Of a DNA stretch of 64,000 nucleotides, positions 9,744-18,612 are shown one piece after another; the first letter of the stretch is position 1; the number at the start of each line of letters is the position of its first letter. Both the position numbers and the translations under genes were made by a program. A model generated the notes under the pieces. It did not search any database. It saw only the letters and a list, made by a program, of their open reading frames with translations, and was not told the origin of the DNA. The DNA comes from a bacterium (GTDB taxonomy: Bacteria > Verrucomicrobiota > Kiritimatiellia > CAIKKV01 > CAITUY01). The stretch is from the NCBI GenBank assembly GCA_037143135.1, contig JBAWZH010000001.1, positions 9,553-73,552 of the forward strand. Reading direction: 5' to 3'.

Positions 9744-10133
9744 ATGAGTGATTATCATTATCAAACAGGCCGACGGCCTGAGTACAAATCTCGCATGGAA
9801 CGCCAAATCGGGGATTACTTGGCCAGCCGTCGCATTCCTTTCATCTATGAAAAACCGACGGCTGTTATAGATTCAGGCAAACTTAAAGTCTGGTATCCCG
9901 ACTTTAGTCTCAAATATGGCCTGATCATTGAATATTTTGGCATTACCGGAGACCCCCAATATCTCGCTAGTGCCCGGCACAAGCTTCGCGTCTATCATGA
10001 GAACCAGTTCGACGTGATCCCGCTATACCCCGCAGACATCGTGCCTGAATGGGAAAACAACCTTATGCATCGAATGGACACGGTGCTGGAGGGGCGGCTT
10101 CAGGATATTCGGTCGTGCTCCTTGATCGGCTGA
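9744..10133 (+). CDS. Hypothetical protein, possibly a PD-(D/E)xK-fold nuclease
   Basis: Spacing of acidic and lysine residues (D...IIEYFG...K) is weakly reminiscent of Vsr/DUF559-type nucleases. Weak. Confidence 0.3.
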   Translation: MSDYHYQTGRRPEYKSRMERQIGDYLASRRIPFIYEKPTAVIDSGKLKVWYPDFSLKYGLIIEYFGITGDPQYLASARHKLRVYHENQFDVIPLYPADIVPEWENNLMHRMDTVLEGRLQDIRSCSLIG

Positions 10134-10272
10134 ATAATGTCTCCCGATTTATCCCCGAGCATCCCATAAACCACCCATTAAATCCCTCATCCACCCATAT
10201 ATCGGAACTCATGTTTTGTGAGATCGTATTTCTGGGGAAGAGAAAGGTTGAATAGCAAAAAGGAGAGACAAT

Positions 10273-10986
10273 ATGAACACAATCAAAGACGACTTTAAGC
10301 TTGGGGTAATGGAGACTATAGCGGCCTCTTTTAACGGCGCATTTGCAATGAATGACATAACAACACTCGAGGACGACAGCAGGCTTATTGTTCCGATTTG
10401 CGGCTTAATCGAAGCATGCCTGCCAGTGCCCACGTTGCACATCGTCGAACGACCGTCTCTCATTCTTATTGAGGCGCATGCATTGGCGGTTCTTGGATCC
10501 CCTGGCAGCCTAATGAACTGCGTTCCCCAGGAACTTCTAGCGTTCTTTTTAAACGAAAAGGATCTGAAGGAGGGCGATGAACGCCTGAAGCTTAGCGCCA
10601 TGATCCTGCGGATGTGCGCTAACACATATCTTTCAAGTGTGCGCACTCAAGACGAACTGCTTGCCTCCGTCATCCAAGCCTCGAATATCAACGCCATGAT
10701 CACTAAGGCGGTCAAGGATCCGCTCGACGGGGAAATTTATGTCTCGGCGTATGTCTTTAGTGATTTTCTTTGTATCCCAAAGGAAGTTGACATGGTAGCG
10801 CAGGGTGTCTTGGATCACGCCAGTCGCATTCGTAAATTCATCCAGATCATGCGTCGCATGGTGCTTCCCGACACTACAAGGTGGGAAGATCTTGCGGCCG
10901 CCTTGTTGGTAGCAAATTCTGCACAGGCGTCTAGCGGGGAAGCCACTCCTTCGTCTTCCAACTCGTCGCCTCGTGCCACTCTGTAG
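10273..10986 (+). CDS. Hypothetical protein
   Basis: 237-aa ORF preceded by a GGAGAG RBS-like sequence. No motifs recognised. Confidence 0.35.
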   Translation: MNTIKDDFKLGVMETIAASFNGAFAMNDITTLEDDSRLIVPICGLIEACLPVPTLHIVERPSLILIEAHALAVLGSPGSLMNCVPQELLAFFLNEKDLKEGDERLKLSAMILRMCANTYLSSVRTQDELLASVIQASNINAMITKAVKDPLDGEIYVSAYVFSDFLCIPKEVDMVAQGVLDHASRIRKFIQIMRRMVLPDTTRWEDLAAALLVANSAQASSGEATPSSSNSSPRATL

Positions 10987-11017
10987 ATTGAAATGACAAA
11001 TATGAGGAGATGCAGCC

Positions 11018-11962
11018 GTGAAACCTCGAACTCCAGAAAGCGCAGGCATCGCTAAGTCAATTGCTCTCACCAGGAAACTGGCCTTATCCCAGTTCTCGGG
11101 CCAAAATGTTGCTATTGGTCCTGAGTTTCTGGCAGCAGGAATATTGAAATCTCTCCCTGATGGTGGCGAGTATTTGAAGAGTTGCGGCCTGGCGCATATC
11201 GCTACGTTTATGTCCAGTATGCCTGATGCTTTAGAGTCAGAAATGGACAAGGTTCCGCCATTACAAGTTACCGATGAACTGAATCTGCTGCTGAACAGCA
11301 AACTTAGCGGGTTTAAGGATGGAACGCTATCGGCTAAAGATGCTTTACGTATCCTTCTGGAAATTCCGGGCATCACTGATCGACTGGTAACGCTTTCTGA
11401 GGATATACAAAATAGGCAGAATCCGGTTATTGGTGAACGTGAAATAATGGCGAGGGTAACAAGGCTGTTTCAGTATGGTTACAGGCTAGCCCTGACGTAC
11501 TATTCTCCGGATTCGAAAATAGGCATCTCTGAATTCGCGACTGAACAACCGACTCAGTCTTTTCTTAAGGCCGCTGACGAGTATCGAAAGGAACGTGATG
11601 CCGTGCGCAGCATGATGTACAGCGGCCCCCGAAAACAAAAAATGTCCGCTTATGAACGATACATGCGTACCTATGGTCCCTTTACGGCTGATGTCGCCAC
11701 GGCGGTCGTTGTCAACGAGTTAACTCCTTATGTTTGTGATGGGTCGCTGATAACGGTGCGTGACATCGCTTACACGATTGCGCCTTATGATTACCACCGA
11801 ATGGCTGGCAAAGTAATTGAGGCGGTACAAACCTTGAAAAAGGATGCCCTTGTCCGCCTTTTCCCGGAGCCGGATTATTGTCAAATGTTCTCTGGCGTTC
11901 TGCCCACCGAGGCTCTGATCAGCGATTATACTCAATATCTTGGTAGATCGGCTGATTGGTAA
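11018..11962 (+). CDS. Hypothetical protein (N-terminus weakly Clp_N-like)
   Basis: The N-terminal AKSIALTRKLALSQFSGQNVAIGPEFLAAGILK is reminiscent of a Clp_N repeat. Weak. Confidence 0.35.
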   Translation: MKPRTPESAGIAKSIALTRKLALSQFSGQNVAIGPEFLAAGILKSLPDGGEYLKSCGLAHIATFMSSMPDALESEMDKVPPLQVTDELNLLLNSKLSGFKDGTLSAKDALRILLEIPGITDRLVTLSEDIQNRQNPVIGEREIMARVTRLFQYGYRLALTYYSPDSKIGISEFATEQPTQSFLKAADEYRKERDAVRSMMYSGPRKQKMSAYERYMRTYGPFTADVATAVVVNELTPYVCDGSLITVRDIAYTIAPYDYHRMAGKVIEAVQTLKKDALVRLFPEPDYCQMFSGVLPTEALISDYTQYLGRSADW

Positions 11963-12181
11963 CTCTGGTGGATGACGCGCGGAGGGTGGCCGGTGCTCGA
12001 CCATCCGGCACCCACGAACAAAAATGGCCAGCATGAAAAATCTTCGAGTGATTCATTTCAGGATTGGATGTTTATATGGTGTCGGACCTGACGAAAGCCA
12101 TGTTTGAGGGAAGCCGCCGACCCAGTCACCGATCTAGTCGAGCGACCCAGTCGTGAGGTGAAATAAGGTTAGAAATAGTGC

Positions 12182-12210
12182 TTGACTCAGAAAGCGTACG
12201 CATCGTAAGC
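12182..12210 (+). promoter_or_regulatory. Putative sigma70-type promoter upstream of the HTH regulator gene (TTGACT, 17 nt, TAAGCT)
   Basis: ttgactcagaaagcgtacgcatcgtaagct lies immediately upstream of the 12218 start. Contains the palindrome GCGTACGC, a possible operator. Confidence 0.3.
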
Positions 12211-12217
12211 TGACAGC

Positions 12218-12571
12218 ATGAACGATTCATTAGGCAAACGAATACGTGAGCTTCGAGAAGCCAAGGATCTGTCGCTGAGAGATCTGGCTAAGAAGATTAA
12301 CGTTTCAGCTGCATTCCTGTCAGATGTTGAGTTAGAACGGCGTTATCCCTCCGAGGATAAGCTCTTGCTGCTTGCTACGGAACTTGGTGTCCCGACCGAG
12401 GATCTTCGGCGTTTCGACACGCGGGTGCCAGTGAAAGCTTTGCAGGAGGCATCCCGCCGAGACCCGACGGTAGGAATGGCACTTCGTTCCATTCTAAAAT
12501 CTGGAATCTCGTTCGATGAATTGAATGAGATCGCTCAGAAGAAAAAGGCGGAGGAGGTTGACGAAAAGTGA
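12218..12571 (+). CDS. capH: XRE/Cro-C1-type HTH transcriptional regulator (CapH-like)
   Basis: LRELREAKDLSLRDLAKKINVSAAFLSDVE is a canonical HTH_XRE. Its stop overlaps the next gene, which has an HEXXH motif. Sits directly upstream of a CBASS-type operon. Confidence 0.65.
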   Translation: MNDSLGKRIRELREAKDLSLRDLAKKINVSAAFLSDVELERRYPSEDKLLLLATELGVPTEDLRRFDTRVPVKALQEASRRDPTVGMALRSILKSGISFDELNEIAQKKKAEEVDEK

Positions 12572-13284
12572 GAACACGCCGATCACAATCAGGTCCCTTC
12601 AAGGAAAAGGTCTATTATCGGGACAGTGATTTCGAGGGTATCTGTCTCGATGCCCTGAAAGCATCAGCCTGCCTCCCCGCTTCACCATCTCCGGTGAGGA
12701 TAGATCGGTTTGTCGAGAAGCATTTCGCTAGTCTCCAGTTTGCGGATCTCGGGCCGAACATCCTTGGTTGTACCGAATTCTCGGCTAAGGGCGTTAGTGC
12801 GATCCTCATATCCTCTTCCTTGGAAGAGGAGCCAGGAAAGCCTGCGGAACGTAGGCTCCGATCCACGATTGCCCACGAAGCTGGCCATGGATTGCTTCAT
12901 GCACATCTGTTTGCCGACTTGGCTGCGGCACAGGCGCAATCGCAATTCGCGGATTGGACGAACCCCTCGAAGCCGCGGATCTTGTGCCGCGAGATTGAGG
13001 GGCTGTCTCCGTCCGTGAGGGTATCTTCATATGCTGGCCGTTGGTGGGAGTATCAGGCAAATAGGTGTATTGGGTCGCTGCTACTTCCTCAGAAACTCTT
13101 CACAGAGGCGATCAGGCCATACGGCCAGATGAAAGGCATGTTGGGAACCCTCGTTGTGCCATCTGACAAACGGCAAGTCGCTGCTGAGGGCTTGGCCGAG
13201 GTGTTTGATGTAAACCCTGCTGCAGTTAGGATTCGGATGGATCAGCTTTTCCCAGAAACTCAGGAGAATCAGCTTTCACTGTGA
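12568..13284 (+). CDS. capP: ImmA/IrrE-family Zn metallopeptidase (CapP-like)
   Basis: The HEXXH motif IAHEAGHGLLHAH. 4-bp overlap with the HTH gene. This pairing is typical of CapH/CapP regulators of CBASS. Confidence 0.65.
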   Translation: MRTRRSQSGPFKEKVYYRDSDFEGICLDALKASACLPASPSPVRIDRFVEKHFASLQFADLGPNILGCTEFSAKGVSAILISSSLEEEPGKPAERRLRSTIAHEAGHGLLHAHLFADLAAAQAQSQFADWTNPSKPRILCREIEGLSPSVRVSSYAGRWWEYQANRCIGSLLLPQKLFTEAIRPYGQMKGMLGTLVVPSDKRQVAAEGLAEVFDVNPAAVRIRMDQLFPETQENQLSL

Positions 13285-13359
13285 TTTTTTTTGGATTTAG
13301 TGTCCGCTTTGTCGGCTGACACTGTTGTTGTGAGAATACGTAAACTAGGAGACTGAAGA

Positions 13360-13881
13360 ATGACAGACATGACAAATGAGCAGAAATTCCAGGTTCTGAT
13401 GGCCGAGTTGCAGGAACGATACGATTCGTCTCATAAGATCCGGGACCGAAGCACACAGTTCACCTTATGGATTTCAGGTATGGCGATTGGCCTATCGTGG
13501 TTGTTAGTCAGCGAAGCTGTGCTATCCACACTACAAAAAGTCGCGATCACATTGTTGACTCTCGCGCTCTATTTTGGGGCAGTCTTCTTGATTCGTGCCC
13601 TTCATAAGGGTGCCCACGCAAACCGTGAAGCCATGATCAGAACAGAACGGGCGCTAGGCATGTATGAAAAGGGACTGTATTTGCAAGACGTTACATTGCT
13701 TCCTACTCAATATGGGCACACCGTTCCAAAGTGGAGTCACGATTCATGTACGCTCCCAATCTGGTTGACGGTGGTAGCCGTTGCCTTACTGATCCTGACC
13801 TGGACAACCCCATGTTCTCGAAAACAACAGAGTGAATCAACACAACCGCAACAACAGACAGGAGTACACAACCATGGCTGA
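13360..13881 (+). CDS. Small multi-TM protein, candidate membrane effector of the adjacent CBASS-type operon
   Basis: Soluble ~40-aa N-terminus, then 3 predicted TM helices (FTLWISGMAIGLSWLLV; VAITLLTLALYFGAVFLI; LPIWLTVVAVALLILTW). Its 3' end overlaps the cyclase start. Confidence 0.4.
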   Translation: MTDMTNEQKFQVLMAELQERYDSSHKIRDRSTQFTLWISGMAIGLSWLLVSEAVLSTLQKVAITLLTLALYFGAVFLIRALHKGAHANREAMIRTERALGMYEKGLYLQDVTLLPTQYGHTVPKWSHDSCTLPIWLTVVAVALLILTWTTPCSRKQQSESTQPQQQTGVHNHG

Positions 13882-14863
13882 CCTACACAGTGAATTCGGA
13901 ACATTCCACGATAAAGTCGCTCTTTCCTCAAGCAAGAAGGCGTCTTTACGCACATCGCGAGACGCCATTCGTGACCGTATTCGCAAACACTTTATTGAGG
14001 TTCTGAAAGTCGATCCTCCAAAGTTCCATGCCCAGGGCTCATTTACCATGGTAACGACAATGAACCCGCTCGACGGCGAGTTCGACATCGACGATGGTGT
14101 TTACCTGCAACACTTGGATCCTCATGACAGCAGCAAATGGCCGACGCCTGAAACCGTCCATGGATGGATCATCGACGCTATTGATGATCATACGGATGAG
14201 AAGCCGATAGACAAGCGCACGTGTGTTCGTGTTCAGTACGCAGGGCAGTATCATGTGGACCTCCCATCCTATGCCAAACTGAATGGCGATTACATGCTGG
14301 CAGTCAAAGGAGATGCCGGTTGGCATCGCAGCGATCCAAAAGCTATCACCGACTGGTTCAAGAAGCGCGTGAAACAGAACGGTGAGCAATTTCGGCGCAT
14401 CGTGCGTTATCTGAAGGCATGGACTGACTACCAGTCTGGGAAGCGTGGTAAGATGCCGAATGGACTGATCATGACCGTTCTGGCATCAGACTGTTTCTGC
14501 GCGGATGCACGAGATGATGTGTCTCTGGCAAATACCGCCGCCGCCATCAAGCGTGCCGTCACACCAGTCTTCTGTGTTCGCAACCCAACTGACACCTCAG
14601 AGGAGATCACACGACGCTTGACAGATGAGCAAAAGAGTCGTTTCCAGGCGGCAATAACGGACTTAGCGGCAGATGGTGCGGCTGCCGTCGCGGAGAAAAG
14701 CAGGAAGAAGGCGTCGAAGCTATGGCAGGGGCAACTGGGTGATCGTTTTCCTCTAATTGATGAAGAGGATAGTAAAGATGAAGACCGAAAGAAAGAGGAT
14801 GCCAACCGACTGGCGGCGTTCTTCGTGTCCACGAAGCCCCCAAAGCCATGGGCATTCCAATGA
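13874..14863 (+). CDS. cGAS/DncV-like nucleotidyltransferase (CD-NTase/SMODS) of a CBASS-type system
   Basis: Polymerase-beta-fold signature QGSFTMVTTMNPLDGEFDIDDGVYL (GS...[DE]hD). The N-terminal helix resembles CD-NTases. ATG at 13874 with GGAG 9 nt upstream; the tool start at 13832 is less likely. Confidence 0.65.
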   Translation: MADLHSEFGTFHDKVALSSSKKASLRTSRDAIRDRIRKHFIEVLKVDPPKFHAQGSFTMVTTMNPLDGEFDIDDGVYLQHLDPHDSSKWPTPETVHGWIIDAIDDHTDEKPIDKRTCVRVQYAGQYHVDLPSYAKLNGDYMLAVKGDAGWHRSDPKAITDWFKKRVKQNGEQFRRIVRYLKAWTDYQSGKRGKMPNGLIMTVLASDCFCADARDDVSLANTAAAIKRAVTPVFCVRNPTDTSEEITRRLTDEQKSRFQAAITDLAADGAAAVAEKSRKKASKLWQGQLGDRFPLIDEEDSKDEDRKKEDANRLAAFFVSTKPPKPWAFQ

Positions 14864-15672
14864 CTGCCTGGTACCAGATCAACCAGCGGCTCTTTCGGAA
14901 GGAAAAGGCGGCACTAGAAACTGCTCAGCCAGGCATGAGCCTCGAAATACGAGAAACTGGTTTCAGGATCAATCGGGAGCTCAGTCTTAAACGGGAATGC
15001 GCTGTCGCCGCTGGCGTCTTCAGCCTCAAAGCTCCTGGGACGGGAGTCTATGACTATCGGATCGCCGTGCTCCCGCCGGATAACTACCCTGCATCTCCGT
15101 GCATAGTCTTCTGCGATGATCCACGATTACCGATCGGCAACATCGATCGTCACATTCTCTCCGATGGACAGGCATGCCTGGCGGTTCCTGGGGATCTTTG
15201 GCATCGCTGGAGGCCTGAAGACGGCATCGTCGGTTTTCTTGATGAATTCGTTGCGCCATTTCTGGCATGGCAGGTGTACTACGATGCACATGGGTGTCCG
15301 CCTCCTTGGGGACAGCGGGCTCATGGTCTCCTGGGCATAACCGAGTACTACACGGAAGTCTTGGGCATTCCAGCCGAATCCAACATTACCGCATTCATTC
15401 CGCTCATTGCCCGGAAGAATCCCCCACAAGGCCACGAAACATGCCCTTGTGGCTCAGGACTCCGTCTCCGGCATTGCCATATTAAAGAATTAAGAGAAGC
15501 TCGATCACGGATCCCCTGGCAGGCCGCAAAGCAGGATCTCTCCGCCGTATCTCGGATCGTGGGAAACAGGAACAATGGCAATAAACAACCTGGCTCACTC
15601 GCTTCAATAAAGGTGTCTAGTTTTGCAGAATCAAGATCAATGTCCACAACCGTCGCCGCAGGCGAAGGCTGA
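14860..15672 (+). CDS. E2-like (UBC-fold) protein with a C-terminal SEC-C zinc motif; Cap2-type E2-only partner
   Basis: RHILSDGQACLAVP resembles the E2 HPN...C catalytic motif. C-terminal CPCGSGLRLRHCH is a SEC-C-type Zn motif. The start overlaps the cyclase stop (ATGA). No E1 or JAB gene is adjacent. Confidence 0.45.
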   Translation: MTAWYQINQRLFRKEKAALETAQPGMSLEIRETGFRINRELSLKRECAVAAGVFSLKAPGTGVYDYRIAVLPPDNYPASPCIVFCDDPRLPIGNIDRHILSDGQACLAVPGDLWHRWRPEDGIVGFLDEFVAPFLAWQVYYDAHGCPPPWGQRAHGLLGITEYYTEVLGIPAESNITAFIPLIARKNPPQGHETCPCGSGLRLRHCHIKELREARSRIPWQAAKQDLSAVSRIVGNRNNGNKQPGSLASIKVSSFAESRSMSTTVAAGEG

Positions 15673-15689
15673 ATCAGGACCGAAAGGAG

Positions 15690-15911
15690 GTGAAAAATAT
15701 GGCGAAAGATGCAGAAGGTATGCGGGGCTATCGGTCTCGGAACGAAAACGGTCACTTACGTGACACCCGAGATGATAAGCATGTCGGCACTCTGGAGAAG
15801 CAGTACAATCGTGACTTCGGGGTTCGGAAAGACATGCATGTTGGCACTCTCTTGAAGGAAACTGGAAAGGCGTCAGTCAATGACCTTGTTCACAGTAATA
15901 TCGGCAAGTAG
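15690..15911 (+). CDS. Small hypothetical protein (73 aa) with a strong RBS
   Basis: AAAGGAGGTG sits 7 nt upstream of the ATG. Contains an internal duplicated DxHVGTL motif. Confidence 0.35.
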   Translation: MKNMAKDAEGMRGYRSRNENGHLRDTRDDKHVGTLEKQYNRDFGVRKDMHVGTLLKETGKASVNDLVHSNIGK

Positions 15912-16006
15912 TAGTGACCACCCGGGGAACACGCGCTAAGTCTAATGGGAGGCCCATAACCGGCGCGTGTTCTTTTTCCATAGCCCAATCATTCTTTCGT
16001 CCGTCC

Positions 16007-16480
16007 TTATTTGCGTATAAAGAATATGAGGCCCAGCAGAATGGCCATGCCAACAATGGCAACTCCGATAGATAAGAAGTTCCGTGGAGCGACACCTTCT
16101 CTCCTCATTAACAGCCGCCACCCTTGCTCGTATTCAACATATTTTCGCATCACTGGTCCCGGATCAGGGCCGAGTGATGAAACAAAGACAGTGCATGATT
16201 GAGCCATGATATCTCTTTGTCTTCTGTCTCCCGCCAGATGAGACCATGCTGAAATAAACGAGGATGCCAGCATGTATCGGTGCATTAAGGATAGCTCATC
16301 GAGAGAAAGGGACATCGAGCGCGACCAATCAGAATCAGTTGCCGTGCTTGCCCCCTCAATAAATGCTCTTAATCCATTCGTGTAGACCAAAGCTATCGCG
16401 GGCGGATGTCTATTAATTGCCTGTTCCTGTTGATCTGTGAGCTCTGCTATATGCTGAAGTGATTTTTGCTTCTCAGTCAT
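16007..16480 (-). CDS. Hypothetical tail-anchored membrane protein (C-terminal TM), co-operonic with the PLD nuclease
   Basis: C-terminal hydrophobic segment LSIGVAIVGMAILLGLIFFI. Its start overlaps the PLD gene stop. Confidence 0.4.
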   Translation of the reverse strand: MTEKQKSLQHIAELTDQQEQAINRHPPAIALVYTNGLRAFIEGASTATDSDWSRSMSLSLDELSLMHRYMLASSFISAWSHLAGDRRQRDIMAQSCTVFVSSLGPDPGPVMRKYVEYEQGWRLLMRREGVAPRNFLSIGVAIVGMAILLGLIFFIRK

Positions 16481-17010
16481 TTTCCCTCGTAAATATCAGA
16501 ATGAGCTGCATGAGTTTTCCAGTTCTTAAGATACTTCTCTGCTAGAGTCGGATCCCTAATTACAAGGATGTTTTCAGCGTTATTACTTTCCGCCGCCTTG
16601 GTAAAGTTAAAACTCCCGGTGATCACAATATTTTCATCAATGACTATGACCTTGTTATGGGCAATGGCGTGCTGGGCATCTATCATCGTTTCGATCCCTG
16701 AGTGAGCAAAGAAGTCTGCCGAAGAATATTTCCCGGTTCGTTGGCTCTTGTCCAAAATAACGCTTACCTTAACACCCTGCTTATGGGCATTCAGGAGCGC
16801 CTTCGCGATGGTATCGGATGTGAATGAGTATGCCTGCACATGGATGGTGGTTCGTGCCTTTGCTATCTCAGCGACGATGGCTGCAGTACACCCGCCCTGC
16901 GGTGAGAAATAGACCGCCCAGGCCGGGTTTGTGCCGTTTGCCCAGACCGGGCCTGATAGTAGAGCAGCTAAGCAGACTGCAAAAAGCGATGAAAATCTAG
17001 ACCCAGTCAT
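16477..17010 (-). CDS. Secreted phospholipase-D-family (Nuc-like) endonuclease
   Basis: Signal peptide (FSSLFAVCLAALLSGPVWA). A single HKD motif HNKVIVIDENIVITGSFNFT...N. The ~175-aa size matches Nuc-type PLD nucleases. Confidence 0.6.
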   Translation of the reverse strand: MTGSRFSSLFAVCLAALLSGPVWANGTNPAWAVYFSPQGGCTAAIVAEIAKARTTIHVQAYSFTSDTIAKALLNAHKQGVKVSVILDKSQRTGKYSSADFFAHSGIETMIDAQHAIAHNKVIVIDENIVITGSFNFTKAAESNNAENILVIRDPTLAEKYLKNWKTHAAHSDIYEGK

Positions 17011-17269
17011 GCAGGGACATTAGCACCGTTCCTTCGTAATGAAAACCGTGATGACGAGCTGATGGAAGCGCATATGCCGGAAAAGGGTAAAATCCACCGC
17101 CAGAAACGGGGTTTACCCTCTTGATTGACAGCAGCAATCGTGTCGCCGACAGGTGAAAACTAGACAGAATATACCATGGTCTTGACATCTGGAGGCACCT
17201 AAGTTACAAGATTCAACTAGAGCAACGGCGAATAACTGTGATTCGATTGCGTCATTGAGGTTCACTGCA

Positions 17270-17500
17270 ATGCCACATGAAAAACAGATCAAGCATGATG
17301 ATGTATTGAACGCTGACGAGGCTTCCACCTGGCTTAAAATCCCTAAGTCCACCCTCTACAAGTTATGTAGCGAAGGTGAACTGCCGGCCGCAAAGGTGGG
17401 GCGTCATTGGCGATTCCACCGGGAAACGCTTGAGCAATGGTTGTTAGAGAAGACTCAGCGCCCCCAGGCCGATGACCCAGAAGCCAATTCAGAGGAATAA
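17270..17500 (+). CDS. HTH_17 (excisionase/AlpA/MerR-like) DNA-binding protein
   Basis: LKIPKSTLYKLCSEGELPAAKVGRHWRFHRETLEQW. First gene of the kinase operon. Confidence 0.5.
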   Translation: MPHEKQIKHDDVLNADEASTWLKIPKSTLYKLCSEGELPAAKVGRHWRFHRETLEQWLLEKTQRPQADDPEANSEE

Positions 17501-18608
17501 TATGCCACTTCTCCAGGAAGGCTTAAATATACGAGGGACATACGAAGTGGAGAAATTCCTCGGCGAGGGCGCTTTTGCCGAGGTTTACCGCGTCCGGCAC
17601 CGGTTTCTTGGCCGACAGGCCATGAAGGTTTTCAAGCGCCTTAACATGACCGAAGAGGAAGTGCTCGATGCGCTGAATGAGGCGATTCTGCTGACGCACC
17701 TCAAACACCCCAATATTGTTAGTGTCCACGATGCAAACGTTTTTGAATTTCCCAAAGGTGTCTGCGGCTACTTCACAATGGAATTTGTGCCAGGGGGCAG
17801 TCTTGATAGGTTTTGGAGATCGCACGGCTCCACTCTTGTCCCGATTGAGACGACGGTCGACGTCATGCGTCAGGTATGCCGGGGTCTTTCCATTGCTCAT
17901 GCAGGAACCCCACCCATCATTCACCGTGACATAAAACCTCAAAATATTCTCGTGGGTTATGAGGCCGACGGGCTTCGCGCCCGAGTAAGCGATTTCGGAT
18001 TAGCCAAGAAGGTTAATCCGCTGACACTCCTTGCAACTGCTGCCGGGACGCTTCAATTCAAACCCCCGGAAACATTTCTGAAGTCGAAGGCAGATTCGTG
18101 TGCAGCTGACGTTTGGGCGCTTGGTGTGACGCTCTACCTCTTATTAACCGATCAATTTCCCTTCGAGCTTGATTCTGATTTGGGCTGGTCAAACAAGAAG
18201 GCATTTGAAAAGGAAATCACTCCTCCCAATTCATGGAACGTCGAAGTCGATCCTGCCCTTGAGAAAATTGTTTACAAATGTCTCAAGCCGAAACCAGAGG
18301 ATCGATATCCGACAGCCAAAGAATTGCTTGAAGCCTTGGAATCCTGGAAAAAGCCTTCACCCTCCAAAATCATCAAGCCGGCAAAAACAGTTTCTTCGGA
18401 AATGTCAAAAAGCATTCTTGGGGCACATTCACCTATCAATCAAGAAGAAGGTCATCGCCTAGTCAAGCAAGCCGTCAAGAAGGCTAAGGAAGAGGGGCGA
18501 TTGTTTGAGGCTGCTGATCTTATGGAAGAGGCTTTTAACAAGTCGCCATCACTTCGGCAGAAGTATGCGAACCAAGTCAAACTATGGCGTTGCGGCATCA
18601 GCATGTAA
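17472..18608 (+). CDS. Ser/Thr protein kinase (Hanks-type)
   Basis: AMKVF (VAIK lysine), HRDIKPQNIL, DFGLAK, and an APE-like motif. The catalytic residues are complete. Confidence 0.8.
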   Translation: MTQKPIQRNNMPLLQEGLNIRGTYEVEKFLGEGAFAEVYRVRHRFLGRQAMKVFKRLNMTEEEVLDALNEAILLTHLKHPNIVSVHDANVFEFPKGVCGYFTMEFVPGGSLDRFWRSHGSTLVPIETTVDVMRQVCRGLSIAHAGTPPIIHRDIKPQNILVGYEADGLRARVSDFGLAKKVNPLTLLATAAGTLQFKPPETFLKSKADSCAADVWALGVTLYLLLTDQFPFELDSDLGWSNKKAFEKEITPPNSWNVEVDPALEKIVYKCLKPKPEDRYPTAKELLEALESWKKPSPSKIIKPAKTVSSEMSKSILGAHSPINQEEGHRLVKQAVKKAKEEGRLFEAADLMEEAFNKSPSLRQKYANQVKLWRCGISM

Positions 18609-18612
18609 ACCA

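Noticed and set aside
18505-18612. Sel1 gene start at 18505, overlapping the kinase by 104 bp
   Set aside because: An in-frame ATG at 18613 lies 5 nt after the kinase stop and begins directly before the first Sel1 repeat. The long overlap is unlikely.
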